Part shown: piece by piece, positions 49,331 to 59,282 of the stretch | How the letters are laid out: each line of letters starts with the position of its first letter | How positions within the stretch are numbered: the first letter of the stretch is position 1 | Assembly: GCA_963758525.1 (NCBI GenBank) | Contig: CAVWVQ010000003.1 | Location: forward strand, 4,960,001 to 5,024,000 | Reading direction: 5' to 3' | Length of the DNA stretch: 64,000 nucleotides | Source: an uncultured Phycisphaerales bacterium | GTDB lineage: Bacteria > Planctomycetota > Phycisphaerae > Tepidisphaerales > Tepidisphaeraceae | The notes under the pieces: generated by a model | What the model saw: the letters and a program-made list of their open reading frames with translations, nothing else | What the model was told of the DNA's origin: nothing | The model's database searches: none | Translations under genes and position numbers: made by a program

Positions 49331-50092
49331 ATGAAGACCAATTTTGCACCGGGATTGAGAACCGTTGTTCTGGCGGCGTCGTCCATGCTGGCGGCATCCG
49401 CGGGATGCTCCAGCAACTGCGGCACCAATGAGAAGCCCGTCGCCGCTGCGGCGGCCGCGGTTTCAATTCCCGAAACGCCCCGCGGAACCGCGGCGCAGTC
49501 GAAGTCGGTGGTCAGCACCAGCGCGCGCGATCTGGCGGATTCGCAGCCGGACAGCGTAGTGGCGGGTAAGGGCGGAACACGCGACCTGGATCTTGGGGGC
49601 GGCGGGGGAGGCGGCGGTAACCAGAGCGGGCAGTTGAGCTACCAGGCGCTGGGTGAGGCGCTGCACCAACTGGGTGTGGCGGCGGAAGACAAGCAAACCT
49701 TCTATAGCGTCAAGGTCAAAGCCACCACGCCGGACAACATCACGTGGTCATACCCCGTCACCGTCTCGCTGTCGCGAGACTCGTCGATCGTCTGGGTTTC
49801 GTGCAATCTGGTTCAAGTCGGGGCGAACGGAACTCCCGCTCCGCAGACACTCATCAGCCTGCTTGCCGCCAACTTCCAGATGGGAACCACGTTTTTTTCC
49901 GTCGATACTCAACCGATGCTGATGCTGCAGCACCCCTTTGAAAATGCCGGCATCACGCCAGAGGTGTTGGGCGCGCATCTGAAGCTGTTCTTCACCAATC
50001 TCAAGGCCAGCGAGCCAGTCTATAAGACGCTGACCGGAACCGCCGGCGAGGGCGGCGGCGGTGGTGGTGGCGGTGGAAACCCGTTCCAATAA
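49331..50092 (+). CDS. Putative lipoprotein with CesT/YbjN-like domain, paralog of the upstream gene, ending G(n)NPFQ
   Basis: Signal peptide with SAGC lipobox; WSYPVTVSLSRDSSIVWVS and LISLLAANFQMG..FF. Confidence 0.72.
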   Translation: MKTNFAPGLRTVVLAASSMLAASAGCSSNCGTNEKPVAAAAAAVSIPETPRGTAAQSKSVVSTSARDLADSQPDSVVAGKGGTRDLDLGGGGGGGGNQSGQLSYQALGEALHQLGVAAEDKQTFYSVKVKATTPDNITWSYPVTVSLSRDSSIVWVSCNLVQVGANGTPAPQTLISLLAANFQMGTTFFSVDTQPMLMLQHPFENAGITPEVLGAHLKLFFTNLKASEPVYKTLTGTAGEGGGGGGGGGNPFQ

Positions 50093-50160
50093 ACTGACAG
50101 ACGATTGTGTTAGTGTTCCTGGGGCAGGAACTCTGACGTTCAAAAAGAGAGAGGACTTCT

Positions 50161-52632
50161 ATGCGTCACCTTTCCCCAGGTGTGTGTCTGCGCATTGCTA
50201 TCATCGGCCTGGCGTCACTTGGCGCCTGCATCGCGGGCTGCGCTGGTCACAACAGCGCGGACGACGCGATTCTGTCCGAATCGCCCGGCAGGGATATCGT
50301 GGCGCCCGAGCCCAGCCGCGGGCTTGAACCGCCCGCGAAGCTCGCCCCCGCGCTGCAGCGATTGTCGTCGGCTTCTGAAGCCTCGCGTGACCTGGCGCCC
50401 GCGGATGGCGGATCGGGAAGTCTTCCCCCGGTCAACGAGGTCGGCTATCCCGTTGCCGGCACGAAAGACGTTTTTGATGTCGCGATTCACGTCAAGTCGG
50501 ACGTCGATGTGAAGGCAGTCGCGGCCGCCGGTGCGGATATCCAGGTGCGCCTCGGCAATATTTTGTACGCCACGGTTCATGCGCGCGATCTGTCGCAGGT
50601 GGCGGCGGTCGATGGGGTGGAGCGTATCGCGCCGATGCCGGGCAGCACGATCCCCAGGCCGCCGGCAACTCCCGTTCAGACGGCGCCGCGCGGCGAAGGG
50701 ACGCGAGGCCTGGAGCCTGGCACCGGCGAAGCGGCGCAGTTCGATCATCACGGACTGACCGGGAAGGGGACCATTGTCGGAATCATCGATACGGGAATCG
50801 ACTGGCATCACCCGGACTTTATGAGTCCAGACGGAACCACGTCGCGCATTCTTTATTTGTGGGACGTTTCCGACAATTCGTGGGAGGAATCGAACCATAC
50901 CGTTGGCTCTGAACCGCCCATGAGCGCAAATGGCAAGCCGCTGGGAACTCTGTATACGAATGATCAGATTAACGCAGCCCTGAAGGGGCAAATGAAGATC
51001 GCCAGGACCGACCATGTGGGCCACGGCACCGCGTGCGCGAGCACCGCCGCTGGAAACGATCTTGGGGTCGCGCCCGAAGCGGATCTGGTGATTGTGAACA
51101 GCTATCGCGACGATCCCGATCACCCGTTCAATGACGGGTTTCATGGGGTTCAGGGCGCTTGGTGGATCTCGCAGGTTGCCGCGCAGCGGCATGAGCCGTG
51201 CGTCATCAGTCTCAGTTACGGCGGTCATATGGGTCCGCACGACGGCACGGGTGAGCAGGAAGCCGGGTTCAACGGGGTGGTCAAGGGTGGCGATGCGCCG
51301 GGCGTGGTGATTTGCGCGTCAGCCGGGAACGAAGGGGAGGCGATCATGCACGCGCACGGCCGCTTCGGCCCGCGCCGTCCGACGGAACTCAGGGGCGGGA
51401 TCGGCACGATCACTCAATTATTCATCCAGCAGGAGACTCCCCTGGAGGCAGTGTTCGATTCGCAGGATGACTGGATGCTGCGGATCGTCGGATTGGACAA
51501 ATTTCTCGTTGGCTCCGACGGAAAACCGGCCCGCGTGGACTTCGCCAAGGCCCAGGGAAATGACAAGGACGATCTCGATCTGCACATCATCGGCTCGGAT
51601 AACGTGACAGAAGCCGATGGGCAGAAAATCACCTCGCTGAGGAAAGACAAGAATATCCAGGCCAGCACGCTGCCGGGCGGGAGCGATGTTCTTCTCATTG
51701 ACCTGCCTCCGGGCTCTTACCTGGTGGTGGCGGCCGGCGCGTCTGAAAAGGTGACTCACGGAGTCTACGACTTCTACGTGCCGGACAATTCCAGCGGAAC
51801 CTTTGGCACCGGCGGGGATCACAAAATGGTGATCGGAAACCCCGGAGACGCCGACAGCATCATTACTGTCGGCTCGTATGATTTCCGCAACCAGTGGGAC
51901 AACGCCAGCGGCGCGATGACCCGTTCCGATCAGGTGGACCTGGGAAATATTTCGCCCTACTCGAGCCCCGGCTTTCGGCGCGACGGGGCGGTGAAGCCTG
52001 ACATCGCCAGTCCCGGGCAATACACGATTTCCGCGATGGCCGATGGATCATTAATGTCGAAGGACGGGGCGGCGTTCGTGACCAAAGACGGGAAGCACCT
52101 TGCATGGGCCGGTACCAGCGCGTCGTGTCCTTACACCGCCGGCGTCATCGCGCTGATGCTGGAGAAAAATCCGCAGCTCACTGCCAATCAGGTGAAGCAG
52201 ATCCTTCATGACACAGCGGACCATGACTTCGCGGTGACCGGCGCGGTTCCCAACCCCGAGTGGGGCTACGGAAAGTTGAATCCCGAGAAAGCGCTGGAGA
52301 AGGTGACGGCGGGCGCGGCTGCGCCTCCTGTCGCGCCGCCATCTCCGGTTAATCCGTCGCCGACGCCGCTTCTCAAATCGCCGTTCGCCGGCACATTCAA
52401 GGGAGAGGGTCTCACGTTGGTGTTGACGCCTACAGCCGACAAAACCTTCGGCGGAACATTGCTCAAGGGGGACACCACCTTCCCCCTTGACGCGCGGCTG
52501 GTCGCGTCGCTGCTAGAGGGAACCGTGCACGGCCAGGCGGGCGACTTCACGTTCACCGCCACTTTGGATGGCGATAAACTGATGCTGAACGCCAATGGGA
52601 AGGTCTTTGAGCTGACGCGGCAGGCGCCGTAA
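50161..52632 (+). CDS. S8 subtilisin-family serine protease, CspA-like, probable lipoprotein (823 aa)
   Basis: Triad motifs GIIDTGID, GHGTACAS and GTSAS.P; SAGNEG; RILYLWD and YT..QINAAL typical of CspA-like subtilases; long insertion; IAGC lipobox; Pro-rich linker and small C-terminal domain. Confidence 0.92.
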   Translation: MRHLSPGVCLRIAIIGLASLGACIAGCAGHNSADDAILSESPGRDIVAPEPSRGLEPPAKLAPALQRLSSASEASRDLAPADGGSGSLPPVNEVGYPVAGTKDVFDVAIHVKSDVDVKAVAAAGADIQVRLGNILYATVHARDLSQVAAVDGVERIAPMPGSTIPRPPATPVQTAPRGEGTRGLEPGTGEAAQFDHHGLTGKGTIVGIIDTGIDWHHPDFMSPDGTTSRILYLWDVSDNSWEESNHTVGSEPPMSANGKPLGTLYTNDQINAALKGQMKIARTDHVGHGTACASTAAGNDLGVAPEADLVIVNSYRDDPDHPFNDGFHGVQGAWWISQVAAQRHEPCVISLSYGGHMGPHDGTGEQEAGFNGVVKGGDAPGVVICASAGNEGEAIMHAHGRFGPRRPTELRGGIGTITQLFIQQETPLEAVFDSQDDWMLRIVGLDKFLVGSDGKPARVDFAKAQGNDKDDLDLHIIGSDNVTEADGQKITSLRKDKNIQASTLPGGSDVLLIDLPPGSYLVVAAGASEKVTHGVYDFYVPDNSSGTFGTGGDHKMVIGNPGDADSIITVGSYDFRNQWDNASGAMTRSDQVDLGNISPYSSPGFRRDGAVKPDIASPGQYTISAMADGSLMSKDGAAFVTKDGKHLAWAGTSASCPYTAGVIALMLEKNPQLTANQVKQILHDTADHDFAVTGAVPNPEWGYGKLNPEKALEKVTAGAAAPPVAPPSPVNPSPTPLLKSPFAGTFKGEGLTLVLTPTADKTFGGTLLKGDTTFPLDARLVASLLEGTVHGQAGDFTFTATLDGDKLMLNANGKVFELTRQAP

Positions 52633-52662
52633 TCGGTGCGCAGCCGTACTGATGAGGTTGCG

Positions 52663-54822
52663 ATGACACAACGAACACGAATTTGGCACCCACGGTTGAT
52701 TCCCGCCACCAGCTGCGTTGGGTCGGTTGTCATATTTCTCCTGGCTTCCTCTGCGATGCTTCGAGCGGATGACTCGCCCGCCGGAACGCGCATTGATTTC
52801 CCCACGAGCGACTCGCTTCCCTGGGATAAATTCGGAGTCTTCATCGGCATCGACAGCTATTCAAAGCTGCCGCCGGAGAATCAGCTTCACGGTTGCGTGG
52901 CGGATGCCAACGGCATGAAGGAAGCGTTCGTCCGTCTTGGCGTGCTTCGATACGCAATGATCACCAATGGAGAGGCAAGCCGTCAGGGGATCGGGCGGGT
53001 GCTGAGCGAACTGGTCGATCAGGTGAAGGCGGCCACGACCAGGACAAAGGAGCCGATCACGGTCGTGATCACCTATGCCGGGCACGGATGCCGCCTCAAG
53101 CGGCTGGCGACGGAGGAGGAACCGAACAGTCTTGATTCCTCGTGGGTGGCGGCGGACAGCGACTTTGCCGGAACCCACGACGTTCGCGGATATGAGCTTC
53201 AGGAAATCCACACCCAGCTGGCCAAACTCGGGGCGCAGGTGCTGATCATCTCCGACTCGTGTCACTCCGGCAGCAGCTATCGCGGCACCGACGAGCTGAG
53301 GCAACGGACGTTGCCCATGGCGTCGCGCGGCGGCTTCGCATCCCGCCTCGGTCCGCAGGAAAACCTTTTTCCGCAGTTCGTCATCGATACAGCGGCAGCG
53401 GGAGCAAAGGCATCGGGGAGCTCCGGCGGCCCGCTGCCTGGATTTGTCTTTTACTCGGCCTGCGGCGACCAGCAGTGCGCCTATGAGACCGAGGATGATC
53501 ACGGCCGATCGTGCGGAAGACTGTCGATGGTGATGCGCGTTCTGCTGGCGAACATGGGCGATCAGACGACTTACCAGGAATTGGCCGCAAAGATTGCGGC
53601 GGAGTTCGCGGCGCGCTGGCCGGGCGACGTGAAGCAATCCCCCGAGTTTCATAGCGCCTACGGCAAAGCCGATGAGCGTTTTTTCCGCGGCGGATTTCCG
53701 CCGCCCCACGCCAGCATCGTTCCAAAGAGCATGCACGACGGAATGGTCAAGCTGACGATGGGCAATGTTCTTGGAGTTGCCGAGGGATCTCGCTTCACGT
53801 TCTATAAGGACCTGGACGATCTGGCCCTGCACAAGAATCCGATCGCGACCGGCGAGGCGACGGCGGTCGATCCTGTTACATGCGATGTGCAACTCGAGAA
53901 CGGCGCGAGCGTGCCGGTCAGCGCCTGCGCTGCGATGACGACTGTGACGATCGCGGACTTTGTGGTTGCAACCGAAGGAGACGTGCCGGAATTTATCCTG
54001 GCGAAGCTTCGTGAGCTGGATCATAACCATCAGATCGTGTTGACCGGGCAGCTCGCGAAATGTTCGGCCGTGCTTCGCTACGACGCAACAAGCAAAACGA
54101 TCAACCTCTATTCTCCGACGGCATTGCCCCCCTTGAACCAATCGGCGTCGGACGTTCCCACGTTGCGTCCGCCGATTCCATGCCGCGGCCCCGACGACGC
54201 CGAGTTGGTTGCGTCCAACTTGCTGTACGCGGCAAGGATTCAGCGGATGATGACGCTGGACCACCAGGACGACGACTTACTGAAAGCCGAGATCGCCACT
54301 TCCAGCGGAGCCGTCAGAAGCGAGAATGGCGTGCGCCGGCTCAGGGAAAACCAGCGATTTGCCATTCGTCTGACGAACAAGTCGGAAGACACCAGGCTCT
54401 ATGTGACGCTGTTGACGCTGGATCGAACCGGCAATCTGCAGATCCTTTATCCGCCGCCGGGCGCTGACGCAAGGCCGATCGAGCCCGGCAAGACACGGGA
54501 TGTGACGTTCAATGCAACGATCGACGATCCCTCGAAGCTGAAGCCCGGCGACGCTGAAATATCGGTGCTCAAGGTGCTCGCAACAGATCAGCCGATGGAT
54601 CTTTCCGCGCTGGCCGTCCCTCCGCAGACCGGCGCGGGAAACGTCGCCGGCACGCGCGGCGTCGGCGGGACGGACAATGCGGTCTTCGATCTCATGCGCG
54701 ATGTCCTGCACGGCGGTGAACTGGCGAGCCAGGTTTCCAGAGGAGTTCCCCGAGCCGTCATTTCCCAGCAGTGGGCCACGGATAATCTGATTTTCGGGGT
54801 GGATCAGGCTGAATCGAAATAA
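52663..54822 (+). CDS. Caspase-family (peptidase C14, metacaspase-like) protein with signal peptide and DUF4384-like C-terminal domain
   Basis: FIGIDSY, LHGCVADA, TYAGHG (His 53083-53085), ISDSCHSG (Cys 53260-53262), SAC..Q.AYE. C-terminal LTNKS..LYVTLLTLD.TGNLQILYP..LKVLATDQP. Hydrophobic N-terminus. Confidence 0.9.
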   Translation: MTQRTRIWHPRLIPATSCVGSVVIFLLASSAMLRADDSPAGTRIDFPTSDSLPWDKFGVFIGIDSYSKLPPENQLHGCVADANGMKEAFVRLGVLRYAMITNGEASRQGIGRVLSELVDQVKAATTRTKEPITVVITYAGHGCRLKRLATEEEPNSLDSSWVAADSDFAGTHDVRGYELQEIHTQLAKLGAQVLIISDSCHSGSSYRGTDELRQRTLPMASRGGFASRLGPQENLFPQFVIDTAAAGAKASGSSGGPLPGFVFYSACGDQQCAYETEDDHGRSCGRLSMVMRVLLANMGDQTTYQELAAKIAAEFAARWPGDVKQSPEFHSAYGKADERFFRGGFPPPHASIVPKSMHDGMVKLTMGNVLGVAEGSRFTFYKDLDDLALHKNPIATGEATAVDPVTCDVQLENGASVPVSACAAMTTVTIADFVVATEGDVPEFILAKLRELDHNHQIVLTGQLAKCSAVLRYDATSKTINLYSPTALPPLNQSASDVPTLRPPIPCRGPDDAELVASNLLYAARIQRMMTLDHQDDDLLKAEIATSSGAVRSENGVRRLRENQRFAIRLTNKSEDTRLYVTLLTLDRTGNLQILYPPPGADARPIEPGKTRDVTFNATIDDPSKLKPGDAEISVLKVLATDQPMDLSALAVPPQTGAGNVAGTRGVGGTDNAVFDLMRDVLHGGELASQVSRGVPRAVISQQWATDNLIFGVDQAESK

Positions 54823-55080
54823 GGTGCGGGAGACGGTGCGCTCGCGGCTCAGTGCGGCGTTGCGCGAATCTAATCCGTTTTTATTACCCCTCTCCCGGAA
54901 TACCGACGGAATACCGGGAGAGGGGGTACGTCGCTCCTTGTTCTACGATTGCCTCGCAGCGGGGGCCTCGTCACCTTGGACTGTTATCGGCATTGATCTG
55001 CGCGAATGTCTTGAGCCGTCTCACCTTTACCGATAAAGAGATTCAGGGGAACGATCAGTCGAGCGTCTTTTACTTCGCCC

Positions 55081-56187
55081 ATGAGCACGCACCGCGCGAA
55101 CGCACACCGACTGCCCGGGCTCGACGGGCTGCGGGCTGTCTCCATCGCGCTGGTTATCGGCTACCACCTGGAGATGGCGGGCTCGCTGCCTCGCTGGGCC
55201 AATCCGTTTTTTCACAGCGGCTCGTTCGGCGTCGAGATCTTCTTCACCATCAGCGGCCTGCTGATTACCTGGCTCCTGCTCCGGGAAGAAGCGGCGCATG
55301 GAGCGATCTCCCTCCGCCAGTTCTACGCGCAGCGCGCGGTGCGAATTCTGCCGCCTGCAATGGGGTATCTCCTTGTCATTCTCGTTGTGTCCGTTCTGCA
55401 TGGGACGATGCTCTGGAAGCCCTGGATTAGCGCCGCGCTGTTCTACCGCAATTTCCATATGACCGACGCCGTGAGCGCGGGGGCGGTCGATACCTCTCAT
55501 TACTGGAGCTTGTCGACTGAGGAACAGTTTTATTTGATCTGGCCCTTGCTGTTCATTTTGCTCCGGCCGCGGCTGCGTGTTCCATTTCTTCTCGCGCTGC
55601 TGGTTGCCGCGCCAATCTGGCGGCACGTGAACACCCACATGGCGCATGGCGGCACGATCGATATCTTCCGGATCGATCTTCATTGCGATGGGATTTTGAT
55701 GGGCTGCCTGGTTGCGTGCGCGATGGAGGATCCGCGCTATCGCGGGCTGCTGGCGCATCCGCTGTTTCGCAGCGATCTGACCGCACTGATTTGTGTGATC
55801 ATCGTCGCCGCGACTTTTACGGAGAAGGCGCTGAGGCTTCCGGGCCAGGTGATCTACCCGTCGATTCGCGCGGTCTGCGTGGCGCTGTTCGTCTATCGCA
55901 TGATCCGGCGCAGTGCGCAAACGCCTTCCGCTTTGGATTGGCTGCTGAATCTGAATGTGATGGTGATCGTCGGGCAGTTGTCGTACAGCCTGTATCTGTG
56001 GCAGCAGCCGTTCTGCATGCCCAATGGCGCTCTGAGAACCAGTTCGCAAGTGCTCAATGTGTTGGCTGCGTGCGCTTGTGCCGCCGCGAGCTTTTTGCTG
56101 ATCGAGCGTCCCGCGCAACTGCTTCGGCGCAAGCTCGGGTCGAGGACCGCTGCGGTTACGCCGGCGCTTGCGCAAGCACCGGCGTAA
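55081..56187 (+). CDS. Membrane acyltransferase family 3 (OafA-like O-acyltransferase)
   Basis: LDGLRAVSI..V..YH, GVEIFFTISGLLIT, FY.QRAVRILP, HYWSLSTEEQFYLIWP, G.LSYSLYLWQ, S..LIERP. Confidence 0.93.
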   Translation: MSTHRANAHRLPGLDGLRAVSIALVIGYHLEMAGSLPRWANPFFHSGSFGVEIFFTISGLLITWLLLREEAAHGAISLRQFYAQRAVRILPPAMGYLLVILVVSVLHGTMLWKPWISAALFYRNFHMTDAVSAGAVDTSHYWSLSTEEQFYLIWPLLFILLRPRLRVPFLLALLVAAPIWRHVNTHMAHGGTIDIFRIDLHCDGILMGCLVACAMEDPRYRGLLAHPLFRSDLTALICVIIVAATFTEKALRLPGQVIYPSIRAVCVALFVYRMIRRSAQTPSALDWLLNLNVMVIVGQLSYSLYLWQQPFCMPNGALRTSSQVLNVLAACACAAASFLLIERPAQLLRRKLGSRTAAVTPALAQAPA

Positions 56188-56470
56188 CCGCGGCGGTTCA
56201 CAACGCCGGCGGACTGACGCGTGGGGTCGCCAAGTTTGCCTGGGTTGATCGCGACAACTACAGTTCCGCCCGCTTGACGTGAATTCAGCGGGTGCTGCGA
56301 GCACTTCAGAACTCACCTTTTTAGTCTATTCGGGCGCATTTTGCCTGAGACGGAGCAAAACGCGGGGTTAGGCGAAGATTCAGACTGCCTTCACGATTTC
56401 TTAACAATAACAACCAGAATTCCCCACTTTAGCGGAATGTACATATCGTTTTACAGGAAAGGAGCGATAC

Positions 56471-57930
56471 ATGTTCTTCCCCCAACGCCGACTGAGGTCG
56501 GCGATTCTCGCCGGGACGATGAGTTCCGTTCTCGGCATGAGCGCAGCGGTGAGTTCCGCGGCAGACTCGGCGGCGCAGGAGATGCAGGCGCAACTCAAAG
56601 CCCTGCAGGCCAAAGTCGATCAGATGCAGGCAAAACAGGACGCATTGGACAAGGCCAATGCCCAGTCCACCGCCAATCGCGTGCATGACGACGCGGTCAA
56701 GCACGACAGCCAGATGCTCGACATCGGCGGGGTGACGGCCGGATACGCCGACAAGCGTTTCTTCATCGGAAGCGATGACGGCAACTTCGTGCTCAAGCCA
56801 TGGATTCACATCCAGGCTCGTTACAGCCTCAACTACCGTGAAGATGAGAAGCACAATCACACGGATTCAGACACCGAAGACGGGTTCGAATTGCGTCGCG
56901 CCCGCCTTGGGTTCGACGGCAATCTCTTCGGAAAAGATTTCACCTACTTCATCAATTGGGCGAGCAACCGCGAAAATAGCACGCTCACCGTCAAGAACAC
57001 CGCGGGCGCGACCGTCGGCACGACAACCGGGCCGACCGGCGGCCTGCCCGTGCTCGAAGAAGCGTGGATGAAATATCACTTTCACGACTCGCCGTACTAC
57101 GTGAAAGTCGGACAGATGCACGATCCGCTGGATCACGAAAACATCGTCGGCTCCAAGTATCGCGCCCCGAAGCATCGCTGCAGGGCGACATCTTCGGAAA
57201 CACCGATACCTTCACGCAGGCATTAACCTTCATTTACGACGACAAGGGTCCGATCCGCTTTGAAGGCGGCATCACTGACGGTATCCGAGCCGCCAACACC
57301 AACTTCCAGGATTATCCCAATAACGGCATCGCCTATGACGGCGGACTTGCCGCTCGCGTCGAATACAAGGTGATGGGCAACTGGAAAGACTACGACCAGC
57401 TCACTTCCTACGGCGACAAGAAAGATCTGCTGGTCCTGGGTTCGGGGATCGATTACTCCTACTCCGGCAGCCGCTACCAACTGTCACACACGCTGGACGC
57501 CCAGTATGCGAGCCCCAGCGGTTGGTTCGCGTATGCCTGCTACTTCGGACGCTACACTGATAATCAGCAGGGAATTCCCAATACCAGCGGCGTGTCTGCG
57601 TCGTTTGGCGGTTCGCCTGGAGATCTCGGGCAGGACACCTACGAGCCCTCCATCCTCCTCCAGGTCGCATACCTGATCGATCAGAAGTTTGAGCCGTTCG
57701 CCCGCTTCGAATACCTGCACCTTGCAGGAACGCCCAAAGGGAGTCAGAACAACGTCACCGATATCTCGGTGGGTTTCAACTACTATTTTTACGGGCATAA
57801 CCTCAAGTTCACCGGTCTGCTGACCTACCTGCCCAGCGGCATTCCGATCAACGATGACGGATCGGATATTCTCATCAGCAACGATAAGGGAGAGTTCATC
57901 GCGATCTCGCAACTGCAATTGCTGCTGTAG
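56471..57930 (+). CDS. Outer-membrane porin (phosphate-selective porin O/P-like); frameshift near 57168
   Basis: Signal peptide, coiled-coil N-terminus, DGFELRRARLGFDGN, KVGQ, alternating beta-strands, C-terminal QLQLLL. ORFs 56471..57226 and 57064..57930. Confidence 0.8.
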
Positions 57931-57958
57931 GAACATCGTCGCATATTTCCGCAACTCG

Positions 57959-57993
57959 AACGGGGCTGGCAGTCGCCAGCCCCGTTTGTCGTT
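57959..57993 (+). terminator. Hairpin downstream of the porin, probable intrinsic terminator or RNA-stabilising stem
   Basis: AACGGGGCTGGC-AGTC-GCCAGCCCCGTT is a perfect 12-bp stem followed by a weak T-rich tail. Confidence 0.55.
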
Positions 57994-58121
57994 CGGCTGC
58001 CGCCAGGAATCTCGGATACCGCTTTGCCCGCTCTCCGGAATTGTTCATATGGGCAGGGGCACCCCATGGAGTAAAATCCGATGCGGTGCTGCTCCGGTCG
58101 TCCTTTCTGGATAAGCTGCCA

Positions 58122-59276
58122 ATGCGTCGCAGGCTTGGAAATGTTTTATGTCGTTACACCCTTGCCGTTTTGACGGTGGGCGCAGCGGCGCTGATCACTC
58201 AATCTCTGGCAGGCATCGGCGATGCGGGATTAACGCCTCTCTTTTTCGCCGCCGTCCTGCTCAGCGCATGGTACGGCGGCCTGGGCCCTGGGCTGCTCTG
58301 CACGCTCCTTTCCGGCGTCGCAACGGCCATTCTCCTGATTCAGCCTCATGCGATTACCAGGCAGGGGGTTGAGGATCACGTGCTGCGGCTAATTGTATTC
58401 ACGACCGTCGCACTGCTTACGAGTTCGCTTCACGGAGCGATGAGGCGGGCGGCGGAAGAGTCGCGCCGAGGCAGGGAAGCTGCCGAGAGTGCGAACGCCG
58501 CCAAGAGTCGTTTCCTGGCCATGGTCAGTCACGAACTGCGAACGCCATTAAGTCCCGTGTTGATGGTGGCGGAAATGCTGGAGCAGGATCCCACGTTGCC
58601 ACCTGGCATTCGCAAGGATATTCAGACGATTCGGCGCAACGTTGACCTGGAAATCCGGCTGATCGAAGACTTGGTTGACCTGACGCGGATCAGCGTGGGA
58701 AAGCTGCACCTGCGACGCGAACTGCTTGATCCGCATGAAGCCCTGCGGGCGGCAATTGAGGTTTGCCGCGCCGACCTGAGCGACAAGGCGCTCGACTTGA
58801 CGACCGATTTTGCGAGCGGCGCCTGCCGTGCGGAGGGCGATCCGACCCGGCTGCAACAGGTTTTCTGGAACTTGTTGCGCAACGCGATCAAGTTTACGCC
58901 CCCCGGCGGGCGAATCGAAATCACCAGCCGGGTCACGGCTGATGGGCAAGTTGCCGTCCGCGTCGCCGATACCGGGATCGGCATCGAAACGCCGCAACTC
59001 GTAAAGATTTTCGAGGCGTTTGAACAAGCCGATCCCGACATTCAAGTGCGGTTCGGCGGTCTCGGACTCGGCCTTGCAATTTGTGAAGGCATCGTGGAAG
59101 CGCATGGCGGTTGGATCACGGCCGCCAGTGCGGGACCGGGCAAGGGGGCGACGTTTACGGTGATGCTCCCGCTGGGACCGATGAGCAGATCAGGCGGAAT
59201 CGCCGCGGCGGGGAGAAATTCAAACCCTCCCGCGACGCCAATGGTTTCATCTCTCGTTACTTCCGGCGATGATTAG
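58122..59276 (+). CDS. Sensor histidine kinase with KdpD-like four-helix membrane domain (DUF4118-like)
   Basis: AVLLSAWYGGLGPGLL; H-box FLAMVSHELRTPL; NLLRNAIKFT, DTGIGI, GLGLGL. Confidence 0.93.
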   Translation: MRRRLGNVLCRYTLAVLTVGAAALITQSLAGIGDAGLTPLFFAAVLLSAWYGGLGPGLLCTLLSGVATAILLIQPHAITRQGVEDHVLRLIVFTTVALLTSSLHGAMRRAAEESRRGREAAESANAAKSRFLAMVSHELRTPLSPVLMVAEMLEQDPTLPPGIRKDIQTIRRNVDLEIRLIEDLVDLTRISVGKLHLRRELLDPHEALRAAIEVCRADLSDKALDLTTDFASGACRAEGDPTRLQQVFWNLLRNAIKFTPPGGRIEITSRVTADGQVAVRVADTGIGIETPQLVKIFEAFEQADPDIQVRFGGLGLGLAICEGIVEAHGGWITAASAGPGKGATFTVMLPLGPMSRSGGIAAAGRNSNPPATPMVSSLVTSGDD

Positions 59277-59282
59277 CGGCAG

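Noticed and set aside
48483..54822. Gasdermin-type or type III secretion locus
   Set aside because: No gasdermin-like ORF or injectisome genes are recognisable, and the components carry export signals.
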